From the NCBI GenBank assembly GCA_963753345.1, contig CAVWBU010000024.1, positions 1 through 64,000 of the forward strand: DNA of 64,000 nt, in the 5' to 3' direction. This document shows positions 28,608 through 38,431 of this stretch, one piece after another. The position numbers were made by a program, and so were the translations under genes. Every line of letters starts with the position of its first letter. The stretch's first letter is position 1. The notes below the pieces were generated by a model. The model worked only from the letters and a program-made list of their open reading frames with translations. It had not been told where the DNA came from and ran no database searches. The DNA comes from an uncultured Fibrobacterota bacterium (GTDB lineage: Bacteria; Fibrobacterota; Chitinivibrionia; Chitinivibrionales; FEN-1185).

Positions 28608-29027
28608 CGATGTCGTCCTTTCCCGGAAAAAAGTTGCTGTTTGTTGAGAGAGGCTGACGGTCTTTAAAAAGGAATATATTACGATATTCAAAGATAATTA
28701 TTTTCCGGCCGTGCTGTGCTGGCAAATCCGGCGCGCCTCAGCCAAAAAGACAGGTTGTCGCGGCGCACCGAATATTGTAATTTATAAGTAAGGTCCCGGT
28801 TCCCGGGGCCGGTTTTGTCCGCGGAGTATCGCATGACAGCCCTCGCTGCATGGGCAATCCGGCTGATTGCGCTGCTGGTCATCATTCGGATCGCCCTGAT
28901 TTTTTTCTCGAAAAAGCAGGCTCCCTCCCACGAAGGGCCGCGGGCAGACCAGCGATTCGACGCGAAGGGCAAGTCGGTGGAAGACGGACATTTCAAGGAA
29001 CTTTAGCGCGGGCGGGAAGGATTCGGC

Positions 29028-29378
29028 GTGGAACTCTCCATTTCCGACATCGGCGATTTCAAGGTTATCCGAATCAGCGGCAAGGTGGACTGGGAAAACG
29101 CCCGCATGCTCGACAAGGAGATCCAGCAGATCATCGACGCCGGGTGCTCGCACATAGCGTTCAACCTCGACGAAGTCACCTACATCTGCTCCGGCGGCGT
29201 CGGCGCCCTGGTATTCAACCTTAACAAAGTGAAGAAGATGGGCGGAGCGATGTACATCATCTCGGCCAACGAGTATGTTAATTACATTCTGGAAACCCTC
29301 AAGTTCGACATCGTTTTCGACGGGTTTCTCTTCGATTCCTTCGACGAATTCAAGAACCAGATCATCAAAAAGGACTGA
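29028..29378 (+). CDS. STAS-domain anti-sigma-factor antagonist
   Basis: ISGKVD...FNLDEVTYICSGGVGAL. Confidence 0.85.
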   Translation: MELSISDIGDFKVIRISGKVDWENARMLDKEIQQIIDAGCSHIAFNLDEVTYICSGGVGALVFNLNKVKKMGGAMYIISANEYVNYILETLKFDIVFDGFLFDSFDEFKNQIIKKD

Positions 29379-29380
29379 CG

Positions 29381-30484
29381 GTGCCCTCGGCCCTGATTGA
29401 GACCCCACTACAATTCGAACCTATTTTCAAGGAAAAAATATGGGGCGGCTCAGCGCTGAGTGCAGTGCTCGGCAAGCGGGTGCCGCCCGGGGCCGTCGTC
29501 GGGGAATCGTGGGAGCTTTCCGGCGTTGCCGGCAACGAATCCGTCTCAATAAGCGACCCATGCCGCGGCAAGACTCTGCCGCAAATCGTGGCCGCCGATC
29601 CCGAGGCGATCGTCGGCGCGCTGCCGCGCTACCGGGGTTTTCCCCTTTTGTTCAAATTCATCGACGCTAACGCGAAGCTTTCGGTGCAGGTCCATCCGGA
29701 CGACGCGCAGGCAAAGGCGCTCGGCTACGGTGAGTTCGGCAAGTCGGAATGCTGGTACATCATCGACGCGCAGCCCGGAGCCCAGGTGGTCTGCGGGTTC
29801 GCGCACGGCGTGTGCCGCGATGATGTCCGCGACGCAGCCGCCTCGAAACGCATCCTCCCGCTGCTCAACTACATCCCGGTTTCTCCGGGCGACGTGATTT
29901 TCGTTCCCGGGAGGACCGTTCACGCGGTGCTCGGCGGCGTGCTCTTCTACGAGGTGCAGGAAACCGCCGACACCACCTTCCGCCTGTTCGACTGGGACCG
30001 ACTTGACAAAGACGGAAAACCGCGGGCGTTGCACATCCGCGAATCACTCGAGATCCTCGACACCACGTGGCACGACTTTCACAAGATCCCTCCCGTGGTG
30101 GCCGACCAGACCGACCTTTACACCCGTTCCTTTCTCGTGGCGAGCAGGCACTTCGCGCTCGAGGAATACCGCTTCCGCAGCGCCGCAGAAATACCCTTGC
30201 CGGTGAAGCGATCGTTCAAGGTGATTACCATTTGCGAGGGTCCGGTACGGCTCCTGCATAACGGCTCGGTTTGCACGCTTGCCAAAGGAGAAACGGTTTT
30301 GGTCCCGGCCCGCCTTTCCGGGCTCCACGCGGCTGCGGACACCGGCGCCCAGTTTCTGCTCTCTTCCGTCCCCGACCTTATTTCCGAGGTCGTCGCGCCC
30401 CTGAGCGTCAAGGGGGTGTCCGATGACGCCATCGTGCATTTGGGCGGCAATCCGGCGACGAGCGATCTGGCGGTGCTTGTATAA
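29381..30484 (+). CDS. manA: Type I mannose-6-phosphate isomerase
   Basis: KIWGG, GESWELS, FPLLFKFIDA..LSVQVHPDD, KSECWY, EVQE. Confidence 0.9.
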   Translation: MPSALIETPLQFEPIFKEKIWGGSALSAVLGKRVPPGAVVGESWELSGVAGNESVSISDPCRGKTLPQIVAADPEAIVGALPRYRGFPLLFKFIDANAKLSVQVHPDDAQAKALGYGEFGKSECWYIIDAQPGAQVVCGFAHGVCRDDVRDAAASKRILPLLNYIPVSPGDVIFVPGRTVHAVLGGVLFYEVQETADTTFRLFDWDRLDKDGKPRALHIRESLEILDTTWHDFHKIPPVVADQTDLYTRSFLVASRHFALEEYRFRSAAEIPLPVKRSFKVITICEGPVRLLHNGSVCTLAKGETVLVPARLSGLHAAADTGAQFLLSSVPDLISEVVAPLSVKGVSDDAIVHLGGNPATSDLAVLV

Positions 30485-30497
30485 TTTTGTATAAATT

Positions 30498-30678
30498 AAG
30501 AATGCCTGGGCGTCCCCGCCGAAGACGGCGGCGGCCCGTCGCACTTCCGGTCCACCCCTTCGGGTGCTTCCGAGGGTCGTCGGCCTCCGGCCTCGGGCCG
30601 CCACGGCCCGTCATGGCCCACAGGGCCGGGTCCGGGCGGCAATCCCGCTTCGGCGGGACCTCCAGTCCGGCCTGGCGC
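30498..30678 (-). repeat. Structured repeat family B, divergent copy (inverted)
   Basis: TGGGCG.CCCGCCGAAGACGGCGGCGG...GGGACCTCCAGTC; close match to 40211-40360. Confidence 0.75.
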
Positions 30679-30972
30679 ATCGAGATACTTTCTGCTTCGT
30701 CAAGTAACTCCCATGGCTCCAGTCGGATATTGGCTGCCCATCAAACATTAATCTTTTTTTGCTATGTTCTTCGTCTGCAGGATGGATCAGAAAGACTTCT
30801 ACTCACGTCATGATTATGAGTCAAGGGCGGGGTTCTTGAATCATTCAGCCTGAAAAACATATTCAATCTTCCATGAGAACTTCTCACCAACGATGCACTT
30901 GCTTCTCCAGATACGGCTCAAACGAAAACGTCCTTTGGTTGGCCCACACCGGCAGAAACGATGGGTACATAG

Positions 30973-31704
30973 TCACACATCGACCGACACCCTGCCGACT
31001 GCAGGATGGCGCAGTTCTGCGGAAAATGGAACGGGGTTTTCTACAACGAGCGGCTGGTACAGACCCTTCTTCCAGTCATACTCCTGTTTCAGTTCCAACA
31101 GCCCTTGACTGTTAAGAAAATACCCGGGATTATCGGGAATGGATACCGGGAACCCGAACCGGCACGCAATTCGGTCGAGGGGCGGCGGGAAGAAGGGGTG
31201 CGGGAACCAGCGAAGCGGGCATGCCGCCTCGCCGCTGTTCGAAAGCATTGTCGTCGAGACGACACACCTGCCCCTCAGCACAACAGAGCGGGCAATCGAA
31301 ATATCCCATTTGTCAAATATGTGTCTTGTCCGCATGACGGTTTCCCCGGCCGCTTTATCCACATCCCACGGTGCGAATTCCTCAACCACCGGATTGTCCC
31401 GCACATGGAACGGCGCTATCGGGCTTGTGCGGGTTACAACTCCTACCCCGAGCACAACAACATCATCACCTACTTTGGCACCATCTTCGTTGAGCGCCGT
31501 CAGAAAAACTTCAGGCGCGCCTTGGCCGTCAAAGGCATTGTAGGACCCGGATCCGAATGTCGGCCCGCTCAGCAGGCAGCCCTTCCGATTGTCTGATACC
31601 TGAAAAATATAACCGCCTGTGCAGTATCGTGACCCGAGCAGATGTCTGTCCCCGGCAGGGTCAATTATTTCCACAGAAAGTTCGGAATTTTCAAGCTTTA
31701 TCAT
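30973..31704 (-). CDS. Hypothetical protein, possibly galactose-mutarotase-like; C terminus apparently frameshifted
   Basis: LENSELSVEI, RWFPHPFF; plausible continuation CDYVP / FLPVWANQRTFSFEPY in other frames to ~30885. Confidence 0.55.
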   Translation of the reverse strand: MIKLENSELSVEIIDPAGDRHLLGSRYCTGGYIFQVSDNRKGCLLSGPTFGSGSYNAFDGQGAPEVFLTALNEDGAKVGDDVVVLGVGVVTRTSPIAPFHVRDNPVVEEFAPWDVDKAAGETVMRTRHIFDKWDISIARSVVLRGRCVVSTTMLSNSGEAACPLRWFPHPFFPPPLDRIACRFGFPVSIPDNPGYFLNSQGLLELKQEYDWKKGLYQPLVVENPVPFSAELRHPAVGRVSVDV

Positions 31705-31864
31705 ATAAATCAATTCGTTACAAGCATTTAGCGGATGACATTTTTCTGCAATAATACAAGACAAGCTCCCGTATTCCTATCGGCTGCAGTAAGTAGAGTG
31801 TCTGATTGCTAGTAGTGTTTGGGTACACAATTCCTCAGTACCTCCTACATTTCTCAAAAGGGCG

Positions 31865-31897
31865 AACCTGCCGGGGCAGCCACGGCAGGTTTTTTCT
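31865..31897 (+). terminator. Intrinsic terminator-like hairpin
   Basis: AACCTGCCG-loop-CGGCAGGTT followed by a T run. Confidence 0.5.
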
Positions 31898-32344
31898 TGC
31901 TTACTGCCTTCTCTCAACAATGTCCGCTAATCACCGATGACCGCAATTTCCGGTAAGAGCGCTCCGTATACAGAATGACTGCGGTAGAGTGTATCGTAGA
32001 CCTCCTTTAGGTGATGGTGAAAGGCCCGCCGGTTGCAGTCGCCGGCGGGTTTTTTGTTTCCGGTTTCCTTTAGTGTTATTAAAGTATCATGAACATTACC
32101 ATCCTTTGTGATTGCACGCCGAAATAGTATAAATCGCTGATGATCGATGCCGCAAGCTCCGAAGTCGCGAAAGCAACAAATTGCCATGCCGATTCCCAGT
32201 CAAGCAGTCAAAAGAATCGGACACATCCTTAAGCTTGTTCCGAATCCATAAGACCGGCATTTTCTGATTTGATAATTGCGAGCGGGCGAACCTATATTTT
32301 TTCCTCAAAGAAGCGTTTCCCTGTCAATCAGCCCGGACAATAGT

Positions 32345-33538
32345 ATGACATACATTTACTTTCTTTACGGATTGTCTTTCTTCACCCTGGGTATTTCCGT
32401 CATTTTCTTTCCAAGAAGAGGGAGCGAATTCCGGATTGCAAAGACGATTGTGTTTATTGCAGTATTCGGAATACTCCACGGACTGCACGAGTGGACGGTG
32501 ATGTTCGGCCTCATGCAGAATCTCGATGGCGCCGCAGCCCTCAAGCTCTTCGGCCTTGTCCTGTTGCCGTTATCATATTATTTCCTCGTCGTGTTCGGCA
32601 TGAAAAGCATCCTGAGAGCGGACGCCCCGTTTCCAGCGGTTCATGCGGTCCCGGCGGGGCTTTTTATGCTCTGGATCATCCTGACTGTCGCAGCGGGGCA
32701 ACATGCTTTGATGGGATCGGTGTGGGCGCGATATCTGTTGGGCGTGCCGGGATCGGCATTGACAGGGTATGCTTTGCTCAGGCAACTGCCCGAAATGAAA
32801 CGCGTGGACACCTACGTGTACAAGAATGTCGCGGTTGCCGCAAACATGTTTTTCCTCTATGGAATCTTTTCCGGACTTGTCGTGCCCAACGCAGGATTTT
32901 TCCCGGCATCCGTCATCAATGACACGATCTTTGCAAAAGCAACCGGAATTCCAATTCAGATCTTCCGGACCGCATGCGCCGTCGTCATCTCCTTCAACAT
33001 CATCTCCATCTTGAACCTGTTTGCCCGGGAAACGCTGGAGCGGCTGCGCAGCCTGTCGCTGAAGGACGAACTTACCGGCCTGCTGAACCGGCGGGGTTTT
33101 TTTACGCTGGCGGAACAGCAGATCAAGATTGCAAAGCGGAAGAAGCACACTATGCTGCTTCTTGTCGGCGACATGGATAATCTCAAGCAGATCAACGATA
33201 CCCTTGGCCATGCCGAAGGCGACGCGGCGATCATTGACACCGCGGACATCCTCAGGAACAGTTTCCGGGAATCCGATATCATCGCCCGCATCGGAGGCGA
33301 TGAATTTGCGATCCTTCATGTGGAAAGCACCGGCGGCAATCCTGCGGCGTCTGTTGACCGCCTGCAAAACAACTTTATGCTTCACAACGAGCAAAAAAAG
33401 AAGAACTACCGCCTTGCAATGAGCGTCGGCACCGCCTTGTGCGATGCGGCCGGCGCGTATTCAATCAACGAGCTTATCAAGCAGGCCGACGACATCATGT
33501 ACGAACAGAAAAGAGGAAGAAACGGCGCGACCGTATGA
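32345..33538 (+). CDS. Membrane-bound diguanylate cyclase
   Basis: ~7 TM helices, then DELTGLLNRR, INDTLGHAEGD, ARIGGDEF; RESD I-site. Confidence 0.92.
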   Translation: MTYIYFLYGLSFFTLGISVIFFPRRGSEFRIAKTIVFIAVFGILHGLHEWTVMFGLMQNLDGAAALKLFGLVLLPLSYYFLVVFGMKSILRADAPFPAVHAVPAGLFMLWIILTVAAGQHALMGSVWARYLLGVPGSALTGYALLRQLPEMKRVDTYVYKNVAVAANMFFLYGIFSGLVVPNAGFFPASVINDTIFAKATGIPIQIFRTACAVVISFNIISILNLFARETLERLRSLSLKDELTGLLNRRGFFTLAEQQIKIAKRKKHTMLLLVGDMDNLKQINDTLGHAEGDAAIIDTADILRNSFRESDIIARIGGDEFAILHVESTGGNPAASVDRLQNNFMLHNEQKKKNYRLAMSVGTALCDAAGAYSINELIKQADDIMYEQKRGRNGATV

Positions 33539-33809
33539 CACGCTGTTTTGTGCTCGCTGCCCGTCTTCTGCCTGCGCTGTTCGCGATCTCCCGGGCTGAA
33601 AACCTCGGTTTTGTCAATGAGAACATCTTCGCGTCGATCCTGTATCGCTTCGGTGTTCGAGCATTCTACATGCCGGTTGCTGATGGACCCGCCCGTTCTC
33701 CTTGGCGGCGTGAAGTGATGATGACGTCGCACCGGTGCGCTGTTTCGCTTTTCGGCCACGAAATCCAACTTCATTAATCATCACAACGCCATTAACGTAT
33801 TTTATCTCC

Positions 33810-34721
33810 ATGAAATCCACCCCCCGCTGCCTCCCGTGTTTCATCGACGACATTGCGGGTGCGCTTGAGTTGCTTGACGTTCAGGAAAAGATGAAGAACA
33901 AGGTACTCAAACGGTGTCTCTTGTACCTTGCACGCCACCTTGACACAAACAAACCACCATCCTACACCATCACGAACCTCCACAGGATCCTTAAACGCAC
34001 GCTGGGCATGGCTATGCCGTTTGCAAAGCTCAGGCGCGCGTGCCTCAGGGCTGGCATGGCGGCTGCTGCCGCGGTGGACAAGCGGGCGCGGAACCTGTCG
34101 GGCCTTGCGCGGTTCAGGTTTCTCGTGCGCTGGGCGGTTGCGGCAAACAGCCTTGACTTCCGCACCGCGGGCGCAGGCTACGGCCTCACCGCCGCTGCAG
34201 TGCGGAAGACACTCGATTCCTGCTTCAGAAGGCATCTTGCCGTCGATCATACGGCGAGGCTGTTTGCCACGGCACGCAGGGCGCGCAGAATTGTTTACAT
34301 TCCGGACAACGTGGGCGAGCTCGCGTTTGACAAGCTGCTGGTGGCGCTGCTCCGCTCGCAGGGGGCAGAGGTTATTGTGCCCATGCGCGGCGGCCCCATA
34401 ACCAGCGACGCGACAATGGCCGACGCGCGGGCCGTGAGCATGGGAGACGCCGCCTCGCAGGTGATTGTGGCCGGGCCCGACACGCTCGGCATTTCGTTAT
34501 CGGAAATGAGCCGTGAGCTTTCCTCTGCGCTTTCCCGCGCGGACCTTATCATCGCAAAGGGCCAGGCCAACTACTACGTATTGTCCGAATACGGAGCACA
34601 GTATCCGAAGGCGACCATCGCCTGCCTGTTTACCGCAAAATGCAACAGTGTCTGGAAAACCTTCGGCTGCAGCGGCAAGGCTTCGATCGCTGCAATCATC
34701 CAGAAAGGCCGCGCCGCATGA
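33810..34721 (+). CDS. ARMT1/DUF89-family damage-control phosphatase
   Basis: CLPC N terminus, AANSLD, PDNVGELAFD, IIAKGQANY, AKC. Confidence 0.85.
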   Translation: MKSTPRCLPCFIDDIAGALELLDVQEKMKNKVLKRCLLYLARHLDTNKPPSYTITNLHRILKRTLGMAMPFAKLRRACLRAGMAAAAAVDKRARNLSGLARFRFLVRWAVAANSLDFRTAGAGYGLTAAAVRKTLDSCFRRHLAVDHTARLFATARRARRIVYIPDNVGELAFDKLLVALLRSQGAEVIVPMRGGPITSDATMADARAVSMGDAASQVIVAGPDTLGISLSEMSRELSSALSRADLIIAKGQANYYVLSEYGAQYPKATIACLFTAKCNSVWKTFGCSGKASIAAIIQKGRAA

Positions 34722-35335
34722 AACCGTTCAACCTGGCCATCGCGTTCACGCTTTCGCGCATCGCAATCGCGCCGTTTTTCGCGTTCTTCTTCATCCGCAG
34801 CTTTCACGCCGCGTCTCCTGCGCTCTGGCTCTGGGCCTCCATCGGCTTGGCCGCGCTCATCGAGCTGTCCGACGTGCTCGACGGTTTCACCGCGCGGGCG
34901 CGCAACCAGGTTTCCGATTTCGGCAAGCTGCTCGACCCCATGGCCGACAGCCTTTCGCGCCAGACGGTGTTCCTCTCCTTTGTCGTGTGCGCGGGCCGCA
35001 TCATACCGCTGTGGATGTTCCTCCTGTTTCTGTATCGCGATGCGATCCTTTCCATTCTGCGCACCATGTGCGCGTACCACGGCACCGTGCTCGCGGCGCG
35101 GCGCGCGGGAAAGCTCAAGGCGGTGGTGCAGGCAGTGGGCGCGTTCGTGGTGCTGTTTCTGTGCCTCGGCATCGCGTACAACGTCCCCTGGATTCCCCGA
35201 AGCATCTGGGGCAGGCATCCGGGGTTCTGGGTGATGCTCGTGCCGGCGGTGGTGACGGTCCTTTCGGTGTACGATTACGTCGTCTCCAACTGGCGCGTGG
35301 TGAAAATTATGGCGGTCTCGCAGCTTTTCAAGTGA
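34718..35335 (+). CDS. CDP-alcohol phosphatidyltransferase (PgsA-like)
   Basis: TLSRI; SDVLDGFTARARNQVSDFGKLLDPMAD; GKLKAVVQ. Confidence 0.88.
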   Translation: MKPFNLAIAFTLSRIAIAPFFAFFFIRSFHAASPALWLWASIGLAALIELSDVLDGFTARARNQVSDFGKLLDPMADSLSRQTVFLSFVVCAGRIIPLWMFLLFLYRDAILSILRTMCAYHGTVLAARRAGKLKAVVQAVGAFVVLFLCLGIAYNVPWIPRSIWGRHPGFWVMLVPAVVTVLSVYDYVVSNWRVVKIMAVSQLFK

Positions 35336-35348
35336 GAGGCATTCTTAT

Positions 35349-36014
35349 ATGTCAAAAAGGGTGATCCACGTTGCTCCATCGATACTCTCGGCCGATTTCA
35401 GGCACCTCGAACGCGAGGTGAAGGACGCCGAGGCGGCCGGCGCCGACCGCATCCACTGCGACGTGATGGACGGCCATTTCGTGCCGAACCTCACGTTCGG
35501 CCCGTTCGTGGTTGAGGCCGTAAGGAAATGCGTGTCGATCCCGCTCGACGTGCACCTCATGATTGCCAATCCCCAGAAGTACATCGCCGATTACTGCGAC
35601 GCGGGCGCGAACATTCTGCTCGTGCACGCGGAGGTGTGCCCGGACCTGGCGCAGGTACTTCTTGACATCCGCAAGCACGGCGCAAAGGCCGGCGCCGCGG
35701 TCAATCCGGACATGGGGATCGAACCGCTCGTGCCGCACCTCGGGAAAATGGACCAGGTGCTCATCATGACGGTCTATGCCGGGTTCGGCGGGCAGAAGTT
35801 CATGCCCGAAATGCTCCCCAAAATCGGCGCAATCCGCAACCAGGCGGCGCGGCTCGGCATCTCAGTTGATATCGAAGTGGACGGCGGCATCAACGCACAG
35901 ACCGCGCGGCAGTGCATTACATTGGGCGCCACGGTGCTCGTGGCCGGCAGCTACGTGTTCAGCGGCGAAAACTACAGGGACCGCATCGACGCGATCCGCG
36001 CCGCGGCGTCTTGA
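35349..36014 (+). CDS. rpe: Ribulose-phosphate 3-epimerase
   Basis: APSILSADF, HCDVMDGHFVPNLTFG, DVHLM, EVDGGIN, VAGS. Confidence 0.96.
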   Translation: MSKRVIHVAPSILSADFRHLEREVKDAEAAGADRIHCDVMDGHFVPNLTFGPFVVEAVRKCVSIPLDVHLMIANPQKYIADYCDAGANILLVHAEVCPDLAQVLLDIRKHGAKAGAAVNPDMGIEPLVPHLGKMDQVLIMTVYAGFGGQKFMPEMLPKIGAIRNQAARLGISVDIEVDGGINAQTARQCITLGATVLVAGSYVFSGENYRDRIDAIRAAAS

Positions 36015-36017
36015 CGC

Positions 36018-37061
36018 ATGCGCTTGCGCGGCCTGATCTTTGCATTTGCGGCAGCACTGCTTTCCATCTCCTGCCATTGCTCCAAGTACCCGGTGGCGCC
36101 GGACGGGGCCAATCTGCTCGAACTCGAAACCGTGTGGCAGTACCTCGAAACGTACTGCATCTGGCAGGACAGCATTCCCCTGGCGCCCGATCCGTTCGCG
36201 TTTGACTCGGCCGAGCAGCTTCTCGCAAGCGTAAACGACACGTTTCACGGCTACAATTATACCAGGTACAACGATGATACAACGGCCTTGCCACTTGCCA
36301 AGATCGCGGCCGGCGCGCCGGTGCGGGACACTACGGTTAGCGTGGTACCCCTCACCGACTCCACGGTTTACTTGCGAATCTGGCCCGAATTCGAAGATTC
36401 GACCTACTCCGGTTTTCTCATCGTGCTCCCGATTCTTGCAAGATATCCCAAGATAATTGTAGACTTGCGAAACAACGGCGGTGGTTTGATTGACGCAGTG
36501 GATTCGATCATCGAGTATTTCCTTCCGTCGGGCACGCCCTACATAAGCGCAAAGTACCGGAAGTACGACGCATCCTCGCGCACGGCGCAGACCATTGGAT
36601 GGGAACACTGGACCACCGTTCACGACCGCACGCCCACGCTCGCAGGCGCGCAGGTCGCCGTGCTCACCAACGGCCTTACCGCGAGCGCATCGGAGATCCT
36701 TGTCGCGGGCCTCAAGGACGGCCGCGCCCTTTCCGGCCGCGACACGGTTGCCCTTGTCGGCGAGACCACCTTCGGCAAGGGCATCGGCCAGGTCGTCATC
36801 TCGCGCACGTACCTTGGCAAACGCGACTTAAAGATCACGTTTCTGAGGCTTGACGGCCTGGGCGCAAAAACCCGGAATTACCACAGGCACGGCATAGCGC
36901 CGGACATTCGGGTTGCGGATCCACTTGCGGAAAATACCGCGCTCCTGCTTCTGGAGCCGTCGGCAAAACCGCTTGCCAAGTCCCTTGTTGCGGCCGCGCC
37001 GCAGACGGCCAGCGCCGGAGCGTATGTCGTGGTCCCGGCCAATCCGGCAATTGAGAAGTGA
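36018..37061 (+). CDS. S41-family peptidase, probable lipoprotein
   Basis: Signal peptide with Cys; DLRNNGGG, TASASEI, GETTFGKG, GIAPD. Confidence 0.88.
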   Translation: MRLRGLIFAFAAALLSISCHCSKYPVAPDGANLLELETVWQYLETYCIWQDSIPLAPDPFAFDSAEQLLASVNDTFHGYNYTRYNDDTTALPLAKIAAGAPVRDTTVSVVPLTDSTVYLRIWPEFEDSTYSGFLIVLPILARYPKIIVDLRNNGGGLIDAVDSIIEYFLPSGTPYISAKYRKYDASSRTAQTIGWEHWTTVHDRTPTLAGAQVAVLTNGLTASASEILVAGLKDGRALSGRDTVALVGETTFGKGIGQVVISRTYLGKRDLKITFLRLDGLGAKTRNYHRHGIAPDIRVADPLAENTALLLLEPSAKPLAKSLVAAAPQTASAGAYVVVPANPAIEK

Positions 37062-37135
37062 TTATGCCCCGCGCGCCGCACAATAATGTGATTGAACCCG
37101 CGCAGGTTTTCTTGGAATAAGTATTTTTAACCTCC

Positions 37136-38146
37136 ATGGAAAAGACGCCCAATCCACCATCGCATGCTCCCGAACCTGTCCTCGGCCTTGTGGGCGCGTC
37201 CGCCTATCTCCAGGAGTTGCGGAAGGAGATCCGGCGCGTTGCGGAGGGCGATTTTCCCGTCCTTGTCCAGGGCGATTCCGGCACGGGAAAGGACCTTGTG
37301 GCCCGCGCGATTCACGCGTGCGGTAAGCGGAGTGGGGGCAGGCTCGTCGTCATCAACTGTTCCGCCGTTCCCGGGCCCCTCGAGGAAGCGGAATATTTCG
37401 GCTACGCAAGCAACGCGTTCACCGGCGCGACCGTGACCAAGGAGGGCAGCGTCGGCGCCGCCGACGGGTCCACGCTGTTCCTCGACGAGGTGGCCGACAT
37501 GTCGCTTGACATGCAGGCAAAAATGATCCGCTTTTTCGACAGCGGCGAGTTCGTGCCGACGGGTTCCGCCGCGGCGAAGAAGGCGGATGTGCGGATCGTG
37601 AGCGCCACCAACCGCGACCTCGAGGCGATGGTGAAGCAAATGTCGTTCCGGCAGGACCTGTTCTTCCGGCTCAAGGGCGCGGTTATCGCGACGCAGCCCC
37701 TTTCGCGGCACAAGGAGGACATTCCCGCGCTTGTCAATTATTTTCTCGCGCTGCAGGAGGACCCCAAAATCCCCCGGCACATATCGCCCGCGGCGCTCCA
37801 GATCCTTGCGAATTACGCCTGGCCCGGGGACGTGCGGGAACTCAAGTACACGGTGGAAGTGGTTCGCATGGCGAGCATCGGCACAAGGTTAGTCAGCGAG
37901 AAAACGGTCCGCGCGGTGCTCAGGATGAACGACACGGCCCCGCAGCAGCCGCTTGCCTACCGGGAAGCCAAGGCCGCGATGATGCACGATTTTGAGACCC
38001 GGTATTTTACCAAGCTCCTCACCCAGTTTAAAGGGAACATGAATCGGGCGGCAAAGGCGGCGGGCATGTACCGGCCGAACCTCCTCAAGAAGATCAAACA
38101 ACTGAATATTTCGCAGGATGCGTTTAGGATTAAGAGAGAATTATAA
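37136..38146 (+). CDS. Sigma-54-dependent activator (AAA + HTH) without N-terminal sensor
   Basis: GDSGTGKD, NAFTGA, LFLDEV, ATNRDL, FRQDLFFRL, WPGDVREL, C-terminal HTH. Confidence 0.88.
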   Translation: MEKTPNPPSHAPEPVLGLVGASAYLQELRKEIRRVAEGDFPVLVQGDSGTGKDLVARAIHACGKRSGGRLVVINCSAVPGPLEEAEYFGYASNAFTGATVTKEGSVGAADGSTLFLDEVADMSLDMQAKMIRFFDSGEFVPTGSAAAKKADVRIVSATNRDLEAMVKQMSFRQDLFFRLKGAVIATQPLSRHKEDIPALVNYFLALQEDPKIPRHISPAALQILANYAWPGDVRELKYTVEVVRMASIGTRLVSEKTVRAVLRMNDTAPQQPLAYREAKAAMMHDFETRYFTKLLTQFKGNMNRAAKAAGMYRPNLLKKIKQLNISQDAFRIKREL

Positions 38147-38431
38147 TTGCAATAAAGATTTGGAAAGGGCGACCGCTTCCTCCCGTTGGTCGGGTCGAAT
38201 GCCCTTTAGATCCCGCTGGGAAAGGGCAAACGACATAATGGATGGTGCGAAGCACCATTACCATACCCTTAAGAAATGAAATAACAAAATGCTTATTGTA
38301 TCCCGCCCTCCCTTCCCTCCCCCGCCGGGGAGGGCTTCAACAGATGTATTTTTCTAATGAATGGCAAAGACGTCATCAATCCACCTTGACGTACTAGAAT
38401 TTGATTCCGTCGTGCACCTTATCCCGGGAAA

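Noticed and set aside
31855-31897. c-di-GMP riboswitch near the diguanylate cyclase
   Set aside because: Only a single terminator-like hairpin; the GEMM two-stem signature is absent.
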